A stretch of DNA of 64,000 bases from positions 10,944 to 74,943 of the forward strand of contig NIVC01003826.1 of the NCBI GenBank assembly GCA_002269645.1, given 5' to 3'. A program made the translations under genes and the position numbers. The DNA comes from Macrostomum lignano. Lineage: Eukaryota. The first letter of the stretch is position 1, and each line of letters begins with the position of its first letter. Below are positions 24,778-36,800 of this stretch, one piece after another. The notes under the pieces are model-generated. The model worked only from the letters and a program-made list of their open reading frames with translations. It was not told where the DNA came from and did not search any database.

Positions 24778-24801
24778 TGGTGACTCAGCGGTGGGATTCG
24801 A
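24778..24801 (+). promoter_or_regulatory. Primer binding site, tRNA-Leu-like
   Basis: TGGTGACTCAGCGGTGGGATTCGA lies 1 nt after the LTR. It is complementary to a tRNA-Leu-type 3' end (TCGAATCCCACCGCTGTCA-CCA, recalled from memory) except for a 2-nt insertion. Confidence 0.7.
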
Positions 24802-25040
24802 CGAGTCAACGACACGACTATTTGGGATTCGAGCGACAAGTCAAGGATCCGACTTCGAAACACCCAAGACAACCGCTCTTTCGAGTAAGACTTCGGCTAT
24901 TCTACTAATTTGAAATTTTTAACGAGAGAGAAGAGAGCCGGTGCAGCAGCCGGTTGAGTCAGCACGAGCATATCAGCAGTTCAAGGCCTGCAGCAGCAGC
25001 GGCTGCCGCAGCAGCAGCAGTCAACGACCTTGGTCAGCAG

Positions 25041-26117
25041 ATGCCGCGGCGAAGTGCGAGAAGCGAAGTGTCCGAAGATCCGCCAGACGAGCTTCTGCCA
25101 GGTTTGGACGACCTCGGCCAGAACATCAGGCCCCAGGATGTGAGAACGATGATGGCAGCTCTGCAGCAGCAGATTGAGCGGCCGGTAAGCAAGTCTGTTA
25201 AAATTGTAAAGTACACGCCCAGCCAGGACATCCACGTCTGGCTCGCCGCGTTCGAGCAACGCTGCGAGATGGAGCATATCGAAGACCCGATCGAGATGGA
25301 GCATATCGAAGACCCGATCGAGATGAAGCAGCACCTCGTTGCGAGTTTAGATCTGGCGACTGCTTACCCGGCTCTGCTCAGTATGCACCTCTCACGCTAT
25401 GCTGGCTACGAGGAGGTCAAGCAGCGATTGATCGAGAGATTCGCCCGCCACGGTGGCGCTGATGAATATCGAGAGCTGCTGAGGCGCCGTCAGCAAGGCA
25501 AGAACGAGTCAGCAGAAGAGTACGCTGATGCCCTGCGCACCTTGGGAGAGCGAGCGTACCCTCGAATGCACCCTGAGGATCGAGAGCGGGAGCTGGCTGA
25601 TCAGTTCCTAGCTGGCATCAGGACGACACCAGATCTGCGCGAGCGGCTCTATTGGGTCCGCCCGAACAATCTGCTAGCCGCTATTCGAGAACTCCATCGT
25701 CTGGAAGGCGCCAAAGAACTGGTGCAGCGCTCTGCTCAACCCCCGGTTCGCATGCTGAACGGGGAGCGCGACGGTGACCCGACGCCCGACGCCACCGCTC
25801 AAGCTCTCCTAGCCCTGACTGATCTGCTAGAGAAACAGCAGCGACTGCTAGACAACCTGGTGCAGCGTGACCAGCAGTAGAAGACGAGTCCGCCTGCGAA
25901 AGCCATGATCTGCTATGGCTGCGGTCAGCCTGGTCATCGCAATGCACAGTGCCCGTTACGCCAGAACCAGGGAAACGGCGAGACGGAGAGCGCCCACGGC
26001 AACGCCCTCCGCAGAGCCCAAGCCCCGGCTACTTGGCAGACTCCGAACGCTCACCAGAAGAAGAGGATGTCGGCTGCGCAGGCGCCAATGCCCAGTCCGA
26101 CAGTCGCTCATCAGTAA
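25041..26117 (+). pseudogene. gag: gag (capsid plus CCHC zinc knuckle) interrupted by an in-frame TAG
   Basis: First true ATG at 25041. Capsid-like WLAAFE...QGKNESAEEYA...QFLAGI. TAG at 25878-25880 is followed in frame by CYGCGQPGHRNAQC. A 24-bp duplication gives MEHIEDPIEMEHIEDPIE. Confidence 0.85.
25970..26011 (+). promoter_or_regulatory. Putative -1 programmed ribosomal frameshift signal
   Basis: G GGA AAC heptamer in gag phase (25970-25976), a 7-nt spacer, then a CGGAG-A-GCG/CGC-C-CTCCG stem-loop. The -1 frame is open to 26233. Confidence 0.7.
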
Positions 26118-26157
26118 GTGAGGCTGAGTGCGGAGGTTTCGTGGACACCTCCGATGA

Positions 26158-29100
26158 TCAAAAATCCATGCGCGTGAGGCTGATCCGTACGTCACCGGCC
26201 GATTGGCGGGCCGAGAAGTCCCTTTCCTACTAGACAGCGGCAGTCGGAAAAACTTTCTTGGAGCGTCGACCTGGGCCAATGCTAGACGTCGGATGCCTCG
26301 TTGTATCATATCGCATGCTATCCCGGATTGCGTGACCATGTACGACGGTACGCAACTACCCCTTGCGTGTAAGGTGATCATCTCGGTGGAGTTCGGTGAT
26401 GTCGTCGCGGACACCGAATTCCTGGTCACGGTCATCGATTGTGAAAATTTGCTTGGTATTAATTTCATGCGTGAACACTGCCAAAACTTGGACTTTGCTC
26501 AAGGAATGTTAAAGTTCAACAATGGCGCGTGCATTCCCGTTTGCTATTCGCGCCGTGAGCTTCAATCATGCCGGGTGTACACCTCCGAGAAGTGCACTCT
26601 GCCGCTGAGAAGCTCAGCGCTGTTGGCCGTCCAGTTGGATGTCGGCCACCCCGAGAACCGAGGATCGCCATCAATCGTCGAGCTGGTGAAGTCGAGACTG
26701 CACCCCAGCTGCAACACTCTGGAAGCAGCTCCAGCTCTGATGACGATGCCTGAAGGTCGAGGCTACATCGAGGTCGTCAACACTGCTGACTGCGAGGTGT
26801 TCCTGCAGTCGGGCATCCGCGTTGGTGTTGCGACACCACTTAGAACTGCCGACCTGATGTACCTGGAAGAGACGCTGGAACCTGAAGTGCGAAATTTGCC
26901 AAGGAGCCCTGAAGAGTCCAGCACAGCTTGGCTAGAGGAAGTCGAGATCAACAGCGAACTGTCCGAAGATCAACGACAGAGAGTGCGAGATCTACTAGTT
27001 AAGTGTCAAGCAGCCTTCTCGAAGCACCTGCTAGACGCTGGCCTGACACACCTGGTGACTCACGAGATCATCCTGAAGGATCGGACACCAGTCGCGCTAC
27101 CACCGCGCAGGATCCCGCCTCATCTGAAGGACAAGCTAGACGCGCTGCTAGACGAGATGCTGGCGAAGCACATCATTCGCCCAGCTTATTCTAGCTACAA
27201 CTCGCCAATGCTGATAGTGCCCAAGAAGGACGGCAACATCAGGCTGGTGCATGACTTCAGAGCTCTCAACGACAAGTGCGTGTACCACCCGTACCCGCTG
27301 CCGCACATTCAGGAGACCTTCGCGAAGCTGCGTGGTGCCCAGTGGTACTCTAGCTTGGATCTCGCTCAGGGATTCTGGCAGATCCCGCTGCGCGACTGCG
27401 ATCAGCACCTGACGGCGTTCTCTGTGATTGACCGCGGACAATTCTGTTTCAATGTTCTACCAATGGGTCTCCACGATAGTCCAGGCAGCTTTCAGCGTTG
27501 CATCAATAAGCTCCTGGACGGTCTGACGCCAAAGACTGTGCTTGGCTACATGAACGACATCGTGGTGCACTCCGTGACCTTCGAGGAGCAGCTGGACAAC
27601 CTGCGGACTGTACTCCAGCGGATTATCGCAGCCAACCTCAAGGTCAAGCCGAAGAAGTGCCATTTGTTCCTCAAGGAGCTGCATTATCTAGGCCACGTCG
27701 TGACTCCCAACGGCCTGAAGACCTGTGAGGACAAGATTGCGCAGATCCGTGATTGGCCCGTGCCACAGTCCGTTACTCAACTGAGACAATTCCTAGGCCT
27801 CGCCAATTACTACCACAAGTTTGTCAACGGCTACGCTGGATTTGCTGCGCCGCTGCATGCCCTGACTCGAAAGGACATCGGCAGCCTGCGGCAGCATTGG
27901 ACTGATGAGCACCAGGTAGCGTTCGACACGTTGAAGAAGAAGTTGTGTTCGACTGAAGTTCTCGCTCTGCCTGAGTTTAACTCAGATCCTGATGTGAAGT
28001 TTGTCCTAGACACTGATGCCTCAGACATTCGCATAGGCGCTTGTCTTGGACAACGGCAATCCGACGGCGTCGAGCGCCCAATTGCATTCTTTAGTCGGAA
28101 ACTTCGTGATCCTGAGAAGCGCTACACGGTCACGAAGAAAGAGCTGCTTGCAATCGTGGACGCGATGCGACATTTCCGTCACTATTTAATCGGCAAGAAG
28201 TTTGAAGTTCGTTCTGACCATCGGGCCTTGCTGTGGCTGCTGAACCAGACGCAGGTCACAGGCATCTTGGGCCGTTGGATTGAGCGATTAAGCGAGTTCC
28301 GCTTCCAGCTTCACCATCGCAAAGGCAAGGACCACGCCAACGCTGACGCCCTGTCAAGACGCCCGGAGACACCACCGATTGACTTCGAACATGGCCGACT
28401 GCTGGAGCACTCCGGTTCTGCAGCCCGACCCGGTGATGACACCAGCCTGGAGCAGGACTTGGACACCACACGTGGGGCCACTGCGAGAGCAGCCCGCACG
28501 AAGAAGGTCCACACTCGCAACAAGGAGGCCGAAACTGCCCTGGCCGAAGACCTGGAGGCCACTGCGCCAGCAGCCCTTCAGCACGACGATCATCACTGCA
28601 GTCAACGCCTGGAGACCAGTTTGGACAGCAACCCGGAGGCCACTGACACCTCAGCCCTCCGCAGCGACGCCCACGCCGACTGCCGTTACTTGGAGATTCG
28701 CCCGGACAAAACCTCGGAGGCCACTGCTGACGTAGACCTCCTTGATGATGTCCAAGACTGCGGATCTCGGAACCTGGAGACGCCCATGGACTACGACTCA
28801 GAGGCCACTGAACAAGCAGCTCTACTGATGACAGCCCACAACACGAATCCAGACCAGCAATGTAAGTTCAACTCCCCGGAGTTTTGCGCTGAGAGTTCTC
28901 GCCGTGTTGACAGAGGCCAGACTCTCGCGACGGCTGCAAGGTCAACGCTCTGTCCCCCGAGCCGACAGACAGCTGCTCATCGCCTGTGCGGAAAGTCGAG
29001 TCCCCCTTTGCGACACCGCCCAGTGCTGGAGAAGACTCACCCAATGACGACGATGATCGAGCCGACGGCTACGGCTGCCTGCGACGAGGCGGGCTTCACG

Positions 29101-29379
29101 TGTTGCGTCTCGCCTTACAGCCAAGAGTCGCCTGGGCTGTGCAGTGGAGGCAAGTGCACTGCACCAGCTGCGGAAATTCCTGTCAAGAGAGCGACGATGA
29201 GAACTTCGAAACGAGATCAGCGATTGTACGCCGACGTTGCGAGACAAAGTCCCTCGGAGCGACCTAATCCTGACGCCGACAAGACGGAGTCGCGTGATCA
29301 ACTGCGAGCCACAGAAGCGGAGGCTGAAGAAAAATCCGGAACCCTCAGCCATGCCGCGCCGTGCTCACCGATTTTCTGA
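26158..29379 (+). pseudogene. pol: pol: aspartic protease, reverse transcriptase, RNase H and a long linker
   Basis: YVTGRLAGREVPFLLDSG; LVHDFRALN, SSLDLAQGFWQI, PMGL, YMND (YxDD mutated at 27553); DTDASD, KELLAI, NADALSR. Confidence 0.92.
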
Positions 29380-31502
29380 GGTTGCCGATGACGCGGCAAC
29401 AGTTTGTCGACGCGCAGCGCGCCGACCGAGCTATCAGCTATGTGCTCAATTTGGTCGAGAACAAAGCCCCGAAGCCTGAGTTCGACGCCCGGTTGCGGCT
29501 GACGAAGGAGCAGCGGAACCTGCTCGGATATTACGATAATCTACGAGAAGACAACGGCCTGCTGATGATCGATCTGACTGATGGCCAGCAGCCCCCGAAG
29601 GTTGTCCTGCCCGAAGCTCTAGATGCCCAGGTGCTCCAGGAGCTCCACAGTTCGCCACTGTGTGGACACCTCGGCCAGACGAAGACGTTGAAGCGGCTAC
29701 GTGAACGATTCTGGAGGCCCGGACTAGCCCGTGTCACCGAGAACTTTATTAGTAAGTGCCGCGCCTGTCTTGAAAGTAAATCCCGAAGACGAGACCGAGT
29801 ACCTGTACAGAGCTTCCCTGTGTGCGAAGTTCTGGGAAGAGTACATTGCGACGTAGTAGGCCCTATTGCCCAGAAGAGCAAGAGCGGAAACCGCTACATC
29901 TTGACGCTATGCGACGCGAATTCGAAGAACCCGTTCGCCTATCCGATGAGGAACCAGAAAGCCAAGACGGTCATCAAGATCCTGCAGGAGCGCTTGATCC
30001 CTGACTTTGGTGTACCATGCTGGATACACACTGATCAAGGAACCAATTTCATTGGCTCAGCTTTCAAGAAGTTCTGCGACCTGTTTGGCATCCGGCATAC
30101 GACGACAACACCGTACAATCCATCTTCAAATGGGCAAGTCGAGAACCTCAACAAGCAGCTGAAGAGTGTCCTCACCTGCCTCCTCGAGCGCAACCATAAC
30201 GACTGGGACACCTTTCTCCCAGCCTGTCTGATGGCTCTCCGCTCTAGTGTACACCCGGTGACAGGCTTCACGCCACACTACCTGGTGTTTGGTCGAGATT
30301 TTCGACTACCAATCGACAACGCGATCAAGAAGCTGCCGGAGTATGCCGATCTGCCTGACTATGTTAATGACTTCCAGCGCCGATTGGACGAAGCAACCGA
30401 ACTGGCCAAAGACCGCCTGCATCTGCACCAGCAGCTGCGCGACGAGCCCTACTCGAACCTGCCCGCCGCCAAGAAGCTCCAACCTGGTGACCTGGTTTTC
30501 CTCAACAACCCGGTGCTCGAACCGGATGAAGCGGCGAAGTTCCATCGACCTCGCAAAGCGCTGTACGAGGTAGTCGAACCCAAGGGCGAGGTCGTCTACA
30601 AGATTCGCCGTAGAGTGCCAAACCCGCGGGCCAGACGCGACGAGCTAGTAGTCCATCGCCGGAATCTGCTGCTCGTACCTGATGCCGACTACCAGCTGAC
30701 TTCGGATCCAGAAGTCGACAAGGCCAAGAAGCGCCGCAGGTCGACTGATACCCCGGACGGTGCAGGACCCGCGACCCTGACACCGATCCCGGAGGACGAT
30801 CCCGATGACGATGATGATGACGATGACGCATGGTTGGCCTTCCGGTGGCACTTCCGGCCGTTGGCGATCCCGGATGTGCGGCCAGGAGGTGGACCGGTCA
30901 CGACACCAGCGAACCAGGCAAGTGCATTTCGGCGTGAGCCACTGCCGTATGGTGATCGCCATGATGGTGTGCCTGGTTTGAATGCGTCTGCACCTGCTGC
31001 TTCTTTTTCACCTGTCCATGCGTCTCCTCTTCCCGAACCTTTTTCTGCGGTGCAGTCTCCTGCGCCACCTTCTTGCACCACTCAGGTGGAAGCGTCTCCC
31101 ATACCAGTAGTGGTAGGTAGGCCAGTTAGGGATCGGAGGCCGCCGGAGAGGCTTCTGATTAGCGATCGTAGGGCCAAAACGTACGTTAGTCGCACCGCCC
31201 GCATGCGTGTGCACAAATTAAAACCTTGCAGCGCAGAAATGCACAAGCGACAGCACCAGCCGACTCCAAGCTCGTCATCCGAGAGTGACCAGGGCCGGCC
31301 CAGTCGGAGCCGCCAAAGGCCGGGCACCCCGTCCTCCCCGGAGGTCATGGGCATTCCGCGCCGGCCTCTCGCCACTCGCCAATTGGCCCAAGTGGAGGGC
31401 CGCGAGCATCCAGAGCGCCCGCCTCGACGCGGACGGGAGCACGGCCGGCGAAGCGACTCGCCATCGCCGGAGCCGCGGATCACAGGACACTGTCAGGGCT
31501 GA
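29361..31502 (+). CDS. int: Integrase (HHCC, DDE, GPY/F-like) with a long low-complexity tail, frameshifted from pol
   Basis: HSSPLCGH...KCRAC; HCDVVGP, HTDQGTNF, GQVENLN; RPVRDRRPPERL in the tail. Confidence 0.9.
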   Translation: MLTDFLRLPMTRQQFVDAQRADRAISYVLNLVENKAPKPEFDARLRLTKEQRNLLGYYDNLREDNGLLMIDLTDGQQPPKVVLPEALDAQVLQELHSSPLCGHLGQTKTLKRLRERFWRPGLARVTENFISKCRACLESKSRRRDRVPVQSFPVCEVLGRVHCDVVGPIAQKSKSGNRYILTLCDANSKNPFAYPMRNQKAKTVIKILQERLIPDFGVPCWIHTDQGTNFIGSAFKKFCDLFGIRHTTTTPYNPSSNGQVENLNKQLKSVLTCLLERNHNDWDTFLPACLMALRSSVHPVTGFTPHYLVFGRDFRLPIDNAIKKLPEYADLPDYVNDFQRRLDEATELAKDRLHLHQQLRDEPYSNLPAAKKLQPGDLVFLNNPVLEPDEAAKFHRPRKALYEVVEPKGEVVYKIRRRVPNPRARRDELVVHRRNLLLVPDADYQLTSDPEVDKAKKRRRSTDTPDGAGPATLTPIPEDDPDDDDDDDDAWLAFRWHFRPLAIPDVRPGGGPVTTPANQASAFRREPLPYGDRHDGVPGLNASAPAASFSPVHASPLPEPFSAVQSPAPPSCTTQVEASPIPVVVGRPVRDRRPPERLLISDRRAKTYVSRTARMRVHKLKPCSAEMHKRQHQPTPSSSSESDQGRPSRSRQRPGTPSSPEVMGIPRRPLATRQLAQVEGREHPERPPRRGREHGRRSDSPSPEPRITGHCQG

Positions 31503-32277
31503 AGCCCCTGAAGTGATCGATCTAACGGCTGATTCCCCGCCGGAGATCAGCAGTGTTCGCCGACTCATGGCCCAGCGGTTGGCCGCGGCTTTTGCCTACG
31601 TCCAACTGAAGCAGGAGGTCAGCCGAGGCCTCCAAGCGGTCCGCCGCCACATTGCTGATTCTTTTTCAGGAGCGGGACCAGAAGCCCTGGGTGCAGCCCG
31701 CCAACATGATCCTGGCGAGGCCACGAGTGCCGGGCCGCGGAACGCGCCGGCAACAGGGATCCATTATGCGCAGGCGGAGTCGCCGATGTTGATCGCCGAC
31801 GGCGTTCCGCTGCCAAGTAGCGGCCACAGAGATCCAGACCCGCCGAACGACCCGTGGGACGACCTTCGGGAAGCGTTGGGCCGCGAGCTGCCCCGCGCCC
31901 CGCCGCCCACGCCGGCGGACCCGCCACTACTGGTCCATGTCGGCACCCAGACCAGCGAGCTACCGGATGATGACGGACGAGCGGCGCTGCTGACCGCCGC
32001 CTCTTGCCTGGCGAGTAATCTGTTAGGCAGCGCGGCCCGCCATGGACACGTGCCCGCTGTGCTCGCGGGCCCTATCTGGAACAGCCTGCGCCAGACTACC
32101 GTCATTGAGCGCATGACAATTATGGAAGAGGCTGTTCGCCTGAGCGGCTCTGATCTGCAGCCGCCGCTGCGGCCGTACGCCGCGCACCATGCCACGCTGG
32201 TCGTGATGCGACACCTCGGCGGCAGCGAGGCAGAGCTGCCTGCGGTCCTGGCTCGCCCTCCGCTGGACTATCTGTAA
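31285..32277 (+). CDS. Extra ORF 3' of integrase, unknown function, no env features
   Basis: 330-codon open frame; first internal ATG at about 31567; EVIDLTADS at about 31510; helical C-terminal part. No signal peptide or TM segment. Confidence 0.55.
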   Translation: MTRAGPVGAAKGRAPRPPRRSWAFRAGLSPLANWPKWRAASIQSARLDADGSTAGEATRHRRSRGSQDTVRAEAPEVIDLTADSPPEISSVRRLMAQRLAAAFAYVQLKQEVSRGLQAVRRHIADSFSGAGPEALGAARQHDPGEATSAGPRNAPATGIHYAQAESPMLIADGVPLPSSGHRDPDPPNDPWDDLREALGRELPRAPPPTPADPPLLVHVGTQTSELPDDDGRAALLTAASCLASNLLGSAARHGHVPAVLAGPIWNSLRQTTVIERMTIMEEAVRLSGSDLQPPLRPYAAHHATLVVMRHLGGSEAELPAVLARPPLDYL

Positions 32278-32794
32278 ACGGAAAGGAAGACATGCTTGCT
32301 CTCGACTCTGCCTTAGCCGGCCCACTATTTATCCTAGGGACCGGTGCCCGCAGTTCCCCTTTTTGTTGTTGGTTGATGCCGCGATGTTGGTGTTCTCCAG
32401 CATCTAGGTTTGCACGGAATTGCCCAGCTCAGCCCCTTTTTGGGGGTTGCCCCTGTTAAGGTGTTGTAGGCCGGTAGTTATTTTATTCAGGTCGCGGCCT
32501 TTGAGTCTCCAGCTGCTCGCTCTGGGTGTGGAGCTAGCTCAGGAACGAAGAGCGCCTTTGTTTAGTGGATTGGCGCCCACACCGGTATTTAGGCGCCTTT
32601 CTGATAGCAGGCCAGTGCCCCTGCGGTATCGGGCGAGAACTCTGTGGCCTGCCCAGCCAAGCAATTACGTAACAGCATTTTATGTTAGGCCTCAACTTCC
32701 GTTCCTTTTTATTTGACATTTGCATTAAACCTGCATTTGATTTTAAATAAAGCGCGCGCCGCTGCACTCCGCCTCTTTATTTGAACATGGAGAG

Positions 32795-33891
32795 TGTAGT
32801 GAGTCGCTAGTTTAGTTAGGCGCCGCACTAGTCAGCTGTTGCCCTCGCCCTCGCCCTGGGCTTCTGTCTGCCGCTGGGCAGTTGCCTGTCCCCCCCGCCT
32901 GTCCTCTGGCTTGTCCTCTGCCCGTTTGCCTGCCTGTCTGTTTGTCCTCGTTTGCCCCCTTTTGTCTCGTTTTCTCTTTTTGCAGTGCCAAGACAGCTTG
33001 GTCTGGCCTGCCTCTGTTTAGTTCTCTGTTTGGCATCTCCAAATTTGGAGTGCCATTCCGTTTTCCGGTCCCACGGTCACGAGTGCCTTCACTTGTGGGC
33101 CTTTTCCCCTTGTCATGTGAGTCAGTCACATGACAAGGCCTTCTTCCTTCTTTAGTCCAAAGTGCAATGATTTCATCATTGTGCGCTGGGCTCGTGTTTA
33201 TGGGGAGATCACGTGCGCCCGGACCCACTCTTGCCTCCTCTAAGGCAGGGCCCACTTGTTTGTTGCTAAAAATAGCAACAGAGTCACTTATGACTCTTAG
33301 CGGGGGCCTTTCGTGCTATGGTGCAATCGATCCTCCCTATAAATGCGGCCCCTCTCATGGCTTGGCTCAGACAAGCGTTTCTGCATTTCCGCGTTTTTCC
33401 ATATTCATTTCTCCTCTCCGCCGTTTCGATCAGCGCGTGTGCTAAAGTTTAAACTCCAAGACTCCTGACTTTGCGCGTGACTGCCTCTGATTGTTCCTGC
33501 TATCAATTAGCAGGCCAGCTTGGATCGCCCGAAGCTAGCACTTTCGCTCTCACCCCGCACCAGCCCGGCAGGGACTGCTGACGGTGGGCACCTCTGTGCG
33601 AGAACTGCTAAATCTGCACGAAGTGCGAGTCTCTTTCTCTCGTCTTAGTTATTTGCTTCTACGAGCTCAGCACCTCACCGAAGGCTGCGACTCTGCGAAG
33701 CTGGTGGCAGCACTACCTACGCTACGAGAACTACTTTCTAAGAAACCGCCAACTAGAGGTCACCGACCAGGAGCCAGAAGATCTGCCAGGCCACCTCTAG
33801 ACGCTATCGAGGAAATTATATAACAACACTTCATTGGTGGCAGCGCTCCTATAGAAGGCCTCTAGACAACAGGCAAGACAACTATACTTCA
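32795..33891 (+). repeat. 3' LTR (1097 bp)
   Basis: TGTAGTGAG...ACTTCA, preceded by only a weak purine tract (ACATGGAGAG). Confidence 0.97.
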
Positions 33892-36800
33892 CTAGGTAAT
33901 CTACGCTATATTTAGAATATTGGTATTTAACCTAGGGCTCTTGGTTTTATTCTATTTTATATATCTAGGATTCTTGTGATGTAGTCTTATTTTGAATGAG
34001 CTAATAATAAAATTAAATTAAATTTTTATTAAAATTATAATTAAATTAAAATTAAATTAAATTAAATTAAAGCTTAAACTAGGATAGAACTTTGTATTTT
34101 ATATCAATGTAATTTTTTATGCCAAGTCCAAAGTTGTTTATATGTCAATTTTTTGAGAATATACATTTCTAAAATAAGAAAGTTTTACTAAACTTTAAAA
34201 AGATTTTTTTCCCTAAAAACTGATGTTCTTTGTTTTAATTGATATTTTATAGTTTTGCTTCTTATTATTTTTGAAAGAGCTTTTATTGGTTGATATTTAA
34301 CTATACAATTTACATTAGGCTATGGTGGTAGGGTTACCAGTGTGCGGGCGTAACTTTTTCTATAACTTTTTCTGTGTAATTTTTGCATAAACTTTTCTGA
34401 GTAACTTGTGCATCATCTCTACTGGAGGGCCTGACATCACTGCCTCCCATTGGCCCAGCTCATGACCCAATGGTTGTTTATACTCGCAGTGCATGGTGTA
34501 GCAGCTACCTCCACTACTAGTATTTTTTTCCTTTTTAATTTCTTTTGCTTATTTTGCACAGAGCCCATCTTGGGATCCCCAGTTTGGTTTGCTTTACCCA
34601 CCTACGGATCCTATGAAGGCCCCCTTTTCTGGCTTATGTTAACTCCCCTATTTATATGCTACTTAGTATACCCACTCATTATCCCTATTGGAATAATTTG
34701 ACAAAACGCGGATGACCGTCCGTCGCATTTTTGGATTCTCCTGGTGTCGCGTCGTGCGATAGTGGTGTCAAGTGATGTGTGTCGCGTCGCGCGACACTGT
34801 CGAAACCTGGTGTCGTCATGGGTTGTGTCGCACGACACGACACAACGAGACGCGAAAGTGTGGCAACTTGGCGGCTGGTGTCGTCATGTGTCGCGTTGCG
34901 GCCTAGATCTGCAGCCAAAACCTCGCAAACTGTTCTTCTTTATTCTTCTTTCTTCTTGAATTGTTCTTTTTTATTTTGATGGTAAAATAACTAATACTTC
35001 AAATATAATTTTTAGAAATGTTACTTGTTAGTTACAATGCATGCACTGTTTTTCTAACTGTTGTACTTTTGTTGTTTTACTGTTTATTGTTTTTAAATTT
35101 CATTTCTTTTTTCCGCAAAATTGAAAGGAATACTCTTGTCCCTCGCTTCATGGTCTTGGTGTTGGGAGTGAACGGCAGAACGAGAATTGTCAATTGCAAC
35201 GTGGCTGCTGTGGCGTCCTCCCCCTTCGGTCATTTGGTCAACAGACATTGGTGTTGTGTTGCGCGTCGCTGCCCCACAGCCAACAAAATTTGGTGTTGCG
35301 TTGCACTTTTGAGGGCACAATTTTGGCACCCGTGTCGCGCGTCCGCGGGTTTTTGAAACTTATTCCAATAGGGCTCATTGTGCCTTCTCTTCCTTCCTTC
35401 CTTTGTTGCATTTCTTTTCTATGTTCCTTGATCTTGTGCTTGACTATGCCCTTGTCCTTGACTTCATTTTATTCTCCATTCATTAAATTTGCTAATAAAT
35501 ACCACTACTATTAACTTAGCTAATTATTATTCCACACCCCAGCACACTAGATAAACCTTGTTGGTATTGGCTCCTCTTTTCTATCAATTAACTAGTTTTA
35601 TTTTCTTTGTAATTTAAGCCTAACAATTAATAATAATTGATATTAGCACTGAAAACCATATTTATTTGTTTTAATATTAAAGCCATAGCCTATCTTAAGT
35701 CATTTGCCTGTGGGGCATTAAATAACCAGCAGCTCTCATCTTAAAGAAAGCTCTGAGACTTCAATGTTCCATAATATAAAATTACAGTGCTAGCAATGTT
35801 ACTCTACTGACAGTAATCAGCTAAGTATTCAATGTACATTGATCTTAATGTTTAAGGACCCAATCTGAACAACTACGCCTATTAAATAACTGCTCAACTA
35901 CAATTATGACTACCTCCCCCCTGGTATTGAGGGAGCTGATGGAATATCTAAGGAGATAATTGACCTAAACAAGTCTGTGAAACTTTGCAGCTTTATGAGT
36001 GCCAAGTTATGGATAGTGGCAATTTGAATTTACAATTCCTACAAAACCATATTGACAACCACAATAATTTTTTCTTTTCTTGACCCCCATCTCAAGGCCT
36101 GCCTGAACTTGGCTTTTTTATATGCGTTTTTGTATGCCAACTCTCTATACTTCATATATTGAATTTGAAAATTCTATATATCAAGTATATGCCAAGATTG
36201 TTAGCAAGGGCAAAAATATGCCAGAATTTACTAGCATAAAGGCCACTTTCCTAACTACGGCTTGTAACAATAAAACAAAGTTATTGCATTTAAAAGCAAA
36301 GCCACTGAGCATTAGATGAACATTAAAACAGAAGTAGGTCTATAAATTTTTATGAAAATATTTAAACTTTGTATGAGATATCCTAAGAAAAGTGGCTAAT
36401 AAAATTTAAGCACCAAAAACTTGTACAGTTTAGGGTAAAAAACTTGTACAAAAAAATTGCTTGCACCTTTTGTTTCAAAACTGCTATGCAAAGATTTGAA
36501 CTTAGAGCTTAAACCCAATTTTTTTTAATGTAAATTAACCTTTTTACATAAAATGAAGGAAAATTTGTATAGTCTAGAAAGCCAATGATAAACTTTTTGC
36601 TTCTTTAAAATTAACAATAAATAAAACTACTGTAAATGATTGCTAAGAATGTAAATTTTGCATTATTTTTTCCGTAGGTTTAATTTAAGTTTGTTTAAAA
36701 TGAAAATATTTTTAATATTTAAAAAGACTTTGTATTTGTATATTTAAGAAAGCCTTTCTTAGAAAACTCTACTCATGAAAACCAAATGACCTTTTTTAGG

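Larger units (their letters stand above)
23681..33891 (+). mobile_element. Full-length Ty3/Gypsy LTR retrotransposon (non-functional copy)
   Basis: Two ~1.1-kb TG...CA LTRs, a 4-bp TSD CTAG (23677-23680 and 33892-33895), a PBS, and gag then PR-RT-RH-IN domain order. Confidence 0.97.

Noticed and set aside
31285-32277. env gene (errantivirus-like)
   Set aside because: No signal peptide, furin site followed by a fusion peptide, or TM anchor.
34700-35350. TGTCGC-rich segment as a defined MITE
   Set aside because: CG-rich repeated motifs are visible, but the terminal inverted match is too weak and no TSD was found.
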